Source of the DNA: an uncultured Actinomycetota bacterium
Lineage (GTDB): Bacteria; Actinomycetota; Actinomycetes; Streptosporangiales; Streptosporangiaceae
Direction: 5' to 3'
DNA: 64,000 nucleotides
NCBI GenBank assembly: GCA_963756575.1
Contig: CAVWOM010000012.1
Span: 142,257-206,256, forward strand
Positions 61,774 to 64,000 of the stretch are shown here, piece by piece. The position numbers and the translations under genes were made by a program. Each line of letters begins with the position of its first letter. Within the stretch, counting starts at the first letter, position 1. The notes below the pieces were generated by a model. The model had not been told where the DNA came from and ran no database searches. It saw nothing but the letters and a program-made list of their open reading frames with translations.

Positions 61774-61949
61774 CGCACTTGCCATTCCAGCCCCGGAAAC
61801 GGCCGTTTTCAGCGTCCCTAACGGATCCTTAACGCCCGGCCGGAGAAGCTTGACGGCGCCCATACGGCGACGGCCGAGCGGCCCGCTTAGCGTCGGAAGA
61901 CGTGATCCTCGCGTGAGCGTCACGTGCGGAAAAAAGGAGCCCAGTGGCC

Positions 61950-64000
61950 ATGCGCAAGGCGGCTGACCTGCTCAGCCGGAGTCAGCCGAACGAGCTTCCC
62001 GAGACCTTCTGGTATTCGGCCAAGCGCCGCCTGCTCGGCCCGCCGATGATCAACGCCGAGCTCCGCGACCAGCGGCTGTCCAAGAAGCTGGCGCTCGGCG
62101 TGCTGTCCCCCGACGGCATCTCCTCCTCGGCCTACGGCACCGAGGAGATCCTCATCGAGCTGATGCCGCTGTTCGGCCTGTCCGCGTTCTTCGTGATCGT
62201 GCCGATGACCGGCGTGATCTTGTTCGTCATGCTCCTGGTGGTGCTGTCGTACCGTGAGATCGTCACGGTGTACACCCGGGCCGGCGGTTCCTACGTGGTG
62301 GCCCGGGAGAACTTCGGTCCCCGCATCGCGCAGGTGGCCGCGGTCGCGCTGCTGATCGACTACGTGGTCACGGTGGCGGTCCAGATCGCCGCGGGGACCG
62401 CCGCGGTGGCCTCGGCGGTCCCGGCCATCGGCCCGTACGTGACCGAGATCTCCATCGGCATCATCTTGCTGATGTGCCTCGGCAACCTGCGCGGCATCAA
62501 GGAGGCCGGCAAGATCTTCGCGCTGCCGACCTACCTGTTCACCGCCGTGGTCATCTTGATGATCGTGATCGGGCTGGGCCGGGAGGTGTTCGGCGACCTG
62601 CCGCAGCAGAACGTGCACCAGCTCACCGGCCTGTACGGGGTGGGTCACGGCATCAGCGGGATCGGGATGCTGGTGGTGGTGTACGCGCTGCTGAAGTCGT
62701 TCGCCAACGGCGGCTCGTCGCTGACCGGCATCGAGGCGGTCTCCAACGCGGTCAGCGCGTTCAAGCCGCCGGAGGGCCGTAACGCCCGCCGGGTGCTGGT
62801 GACCGAGGGCGTGATCCTGGGCACGCTGGTGGCCGGCATCTCCTGGCTGGCGCACCTGACCCACGCCGCGCCCTACCGGGTCGGCTACCCGACGGTGATC
62901 GCGCAGGAAGCCAACATGGTGTTCGGGCACGCCGGGCACTTCATGTTCTTCGTGGTGCAGGTGGTGACCGCGCTGATCCTGTACACCGGCGGCAACACCA
63001 GCTTCAACGGCTTCCCGTTCCTGACCAGCTTCGTGGCCGAGGACTCGTTCCTGCCCCGGTGGATGACCAAGCGCGGCCAGCGGCTGGTGTTCTCCAACGG
63101 CATCATCGTGCTGACCGTGCTCTCGGTGACGCTCATCGGCGTGGTCGGGTCCAACGTGAACGCGCTGGTGCCGTTCTACGCGATCGGCGTGTTCACCGCG
63201 TTCTCGATGGCCGGCTTCGGCATGGCCCGGTACCACAAGCGGCACCGGGAAGCCGGCTGGCGGCACAAGCTCGTCATCAACTTCTCGGCCGGCGTGCTCA
63301 CCTCCATTGTCGTGGTGATCTTCGCGGTGGTGAAGTTCACCGAGGGTGCCTGGCTGGTCGTGATCATCTTCCCGGTCCTGGTGCTCGTGCTGATCAGGCT
63401 CAACCACGAGTACCGCGACGAGGCCCGGGTGCTGCAGAACATCGGCGAGCGGCGCGCCTCCGGCGTGACCCCGAACCGGCCGAACTACACCCGCCGCGTC
63501 GTCATCGTGTTCGTGGACGACTTCGACCTGTCCACCATCGCCGCGATCCGGTACGCCAAGAGCCTGCGGCCCACCGTGGTGCGCGCGGTGCACTTCGTCA
63601 TCGACACCGAGCAGGCCGAGCGCCTGCGCGCCGCGTGGCTGCCCGAGCGCGGCGTGTCCCTGGAGCTCGTCGACTGCCCGGACCGGCGGGTGGCCCGGGC
63701 CGCGGGCGAGCTGGCCGCCCGCGAGACCGAGACGCCGGGCACGCAGGTGACCGCGATCCTGCCCCGGCGCAGCTTCTCGCCGCTGCTCGGCCGGCTGTTG
63801 CACGACCGGACCGCGGACAAGATGGCCGGCGTGGTCAGCCGGGTGCCGAACGCGGCCGCCACCATCATCCCGTTCGACGTGCAGAACCGGATCCGGGTCC
63901 TGCAGGAGCGCCAGGCCCATCCCAATGGGACCGAGCCCAACGGCAAGACGCGCGTCGGCACCCTGCCGCCCAGCCTGGTCGCGGTGCCTCGCCCGTCGCC
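61950..64000 (+). CDS. APC-superfamily amino-acid/cation permease (about 670 aa); 3' end outside the window
   Basis: Continuous frame to the window end. Twelve or more TM helices. AAGGAG SD. Not in the ORF track because there is no in-window stop. Confidence 0.8.
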   Translation, partial: MRKAADLLSRSQPNELPETFWYSAKRRLLGPPMINAELRDQRLSKKLALGVLSPDGISSSAYGTEEILIELMPLFGLSAFFVIVPMTGVILFVMLLVVLSYREIVTVYTRAGGSYVVARENFGPRIAQVAAVALLIDYVVTVAVQIAAGTAAVASAVPAIGPYVTEISIGIILLMCLGNLRGIKEAGKIFALPTYLFTAVVILMIVIGLGREVFGDLPQQNVHQLTGLYGVGHGISGIGMLVVVYALLKSFANGGSSLTGIEAVSNAVSAFKPPEGRNARRVLVTEGVILGTLVAGISWLAHLTHAAPYRVGYPTVIAQEANMVFGHAGHFMFFVVQVVTALILYTGGNTSFNGFPFLTSFVAEDSFLPRWMTKRGQRLVFSNGIIVLTVLSVTLIGVVGSNVNALVPFYAIGVFTAFSMAGFGMARYHKRHREAGWRHKLVINFSAGVLTSIVVVIFAVVKFTEGAWLVVIIFPVLVLVLIRLNHEYRDEARVLQNIGERRASGVTPNRPNYTRRVVIVFVDDFDLSTIAAIRYAKSLRPTVVRAVHFVIDTEQAERLRAAWLPERGVSLELVDCPDRRVARAAGELAARETETPGTQVTAILPRRSFSPLLGRLLHDRTADKMAGVVSRVPNAAATIIPFDVQNRIRVLQERQAHPNGTEPNGKTRVGTLPPSLVAVPRPS

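Overview
This window is a high-GC (about 70-72%) actinobacterial chromosomal segment, most likely Streptomycetes or Streptosporangiales. Gene order matches the Streptomyces bldG neighbourhood (H+-pyrophosphatase / anti-sigma kinase / BldG antagonist / DUF1998 helicase) and the mycobacterial marP-nudix-nth neighbourhood. 2-26114 holds ordinary, intact accessory genes: WYL regulator, FIST sensor, CapA-like lipoprotein, GNAT, MFS efflux pump with divergent TetR, a 2OG-Fe(II) oxygenase, RibD-C/DHFR-family protein, MocR/GntR regulator, SAM methyltransferase, PPOX-class protein, Zn-ADH, secreted GH30 with discoidin domain, patatin, MurA, TauE/SafE exporter, split LigD (PE-ligase plus polymerase domain) and a 922-aa SF2 helicase. 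From about 26.7 kb onward most recognisable genes are broken into two to five reading frames: propionyl/acetyl-CoA synthetase, two tandem ECF sigma factors, a sigma/anti-sigma fusion, ComF-like, DUF309, MrfA-like helicase, H+-PPase, serB, queA, SDR, a GAF histidine kinase with NarL regulator, sortase with substrate, and an ABC ATPase. Either this is an indel-rich unpolished assembly or genuine pseudogenisation. Interspersed genes are intact: nth, NUDIX CoA pyrophosphatase, MarP, BldG-like antagonist, Rieske protein, MarR, hemerythrin, KdpE/KdpD-like pair and an APC permease. No rRNA, tRNA, CRISPR or transposase was found. The features worth a second look are: (1) two copies of a composite element (C-rich, G4-capable tract plus a near-identical 17-20-bp-arm palindrome) at two convergent gene junctions 17.6 kb apart; (2) a small protein built from 27-nt tandem repeats (GSxGSILSI) translationally coupled to a 2OG oxygenase; (3) a 1.7-kb lower-GC non-coding locus between a holin-family gene and the DUF1998 helicase that contains a good candidate 6C sRNA (two C-loop hairpins plus U-tract terminator) and twin palindromic motifs; (4) several small tandem or inverted repeats at promoter and terminator positions.
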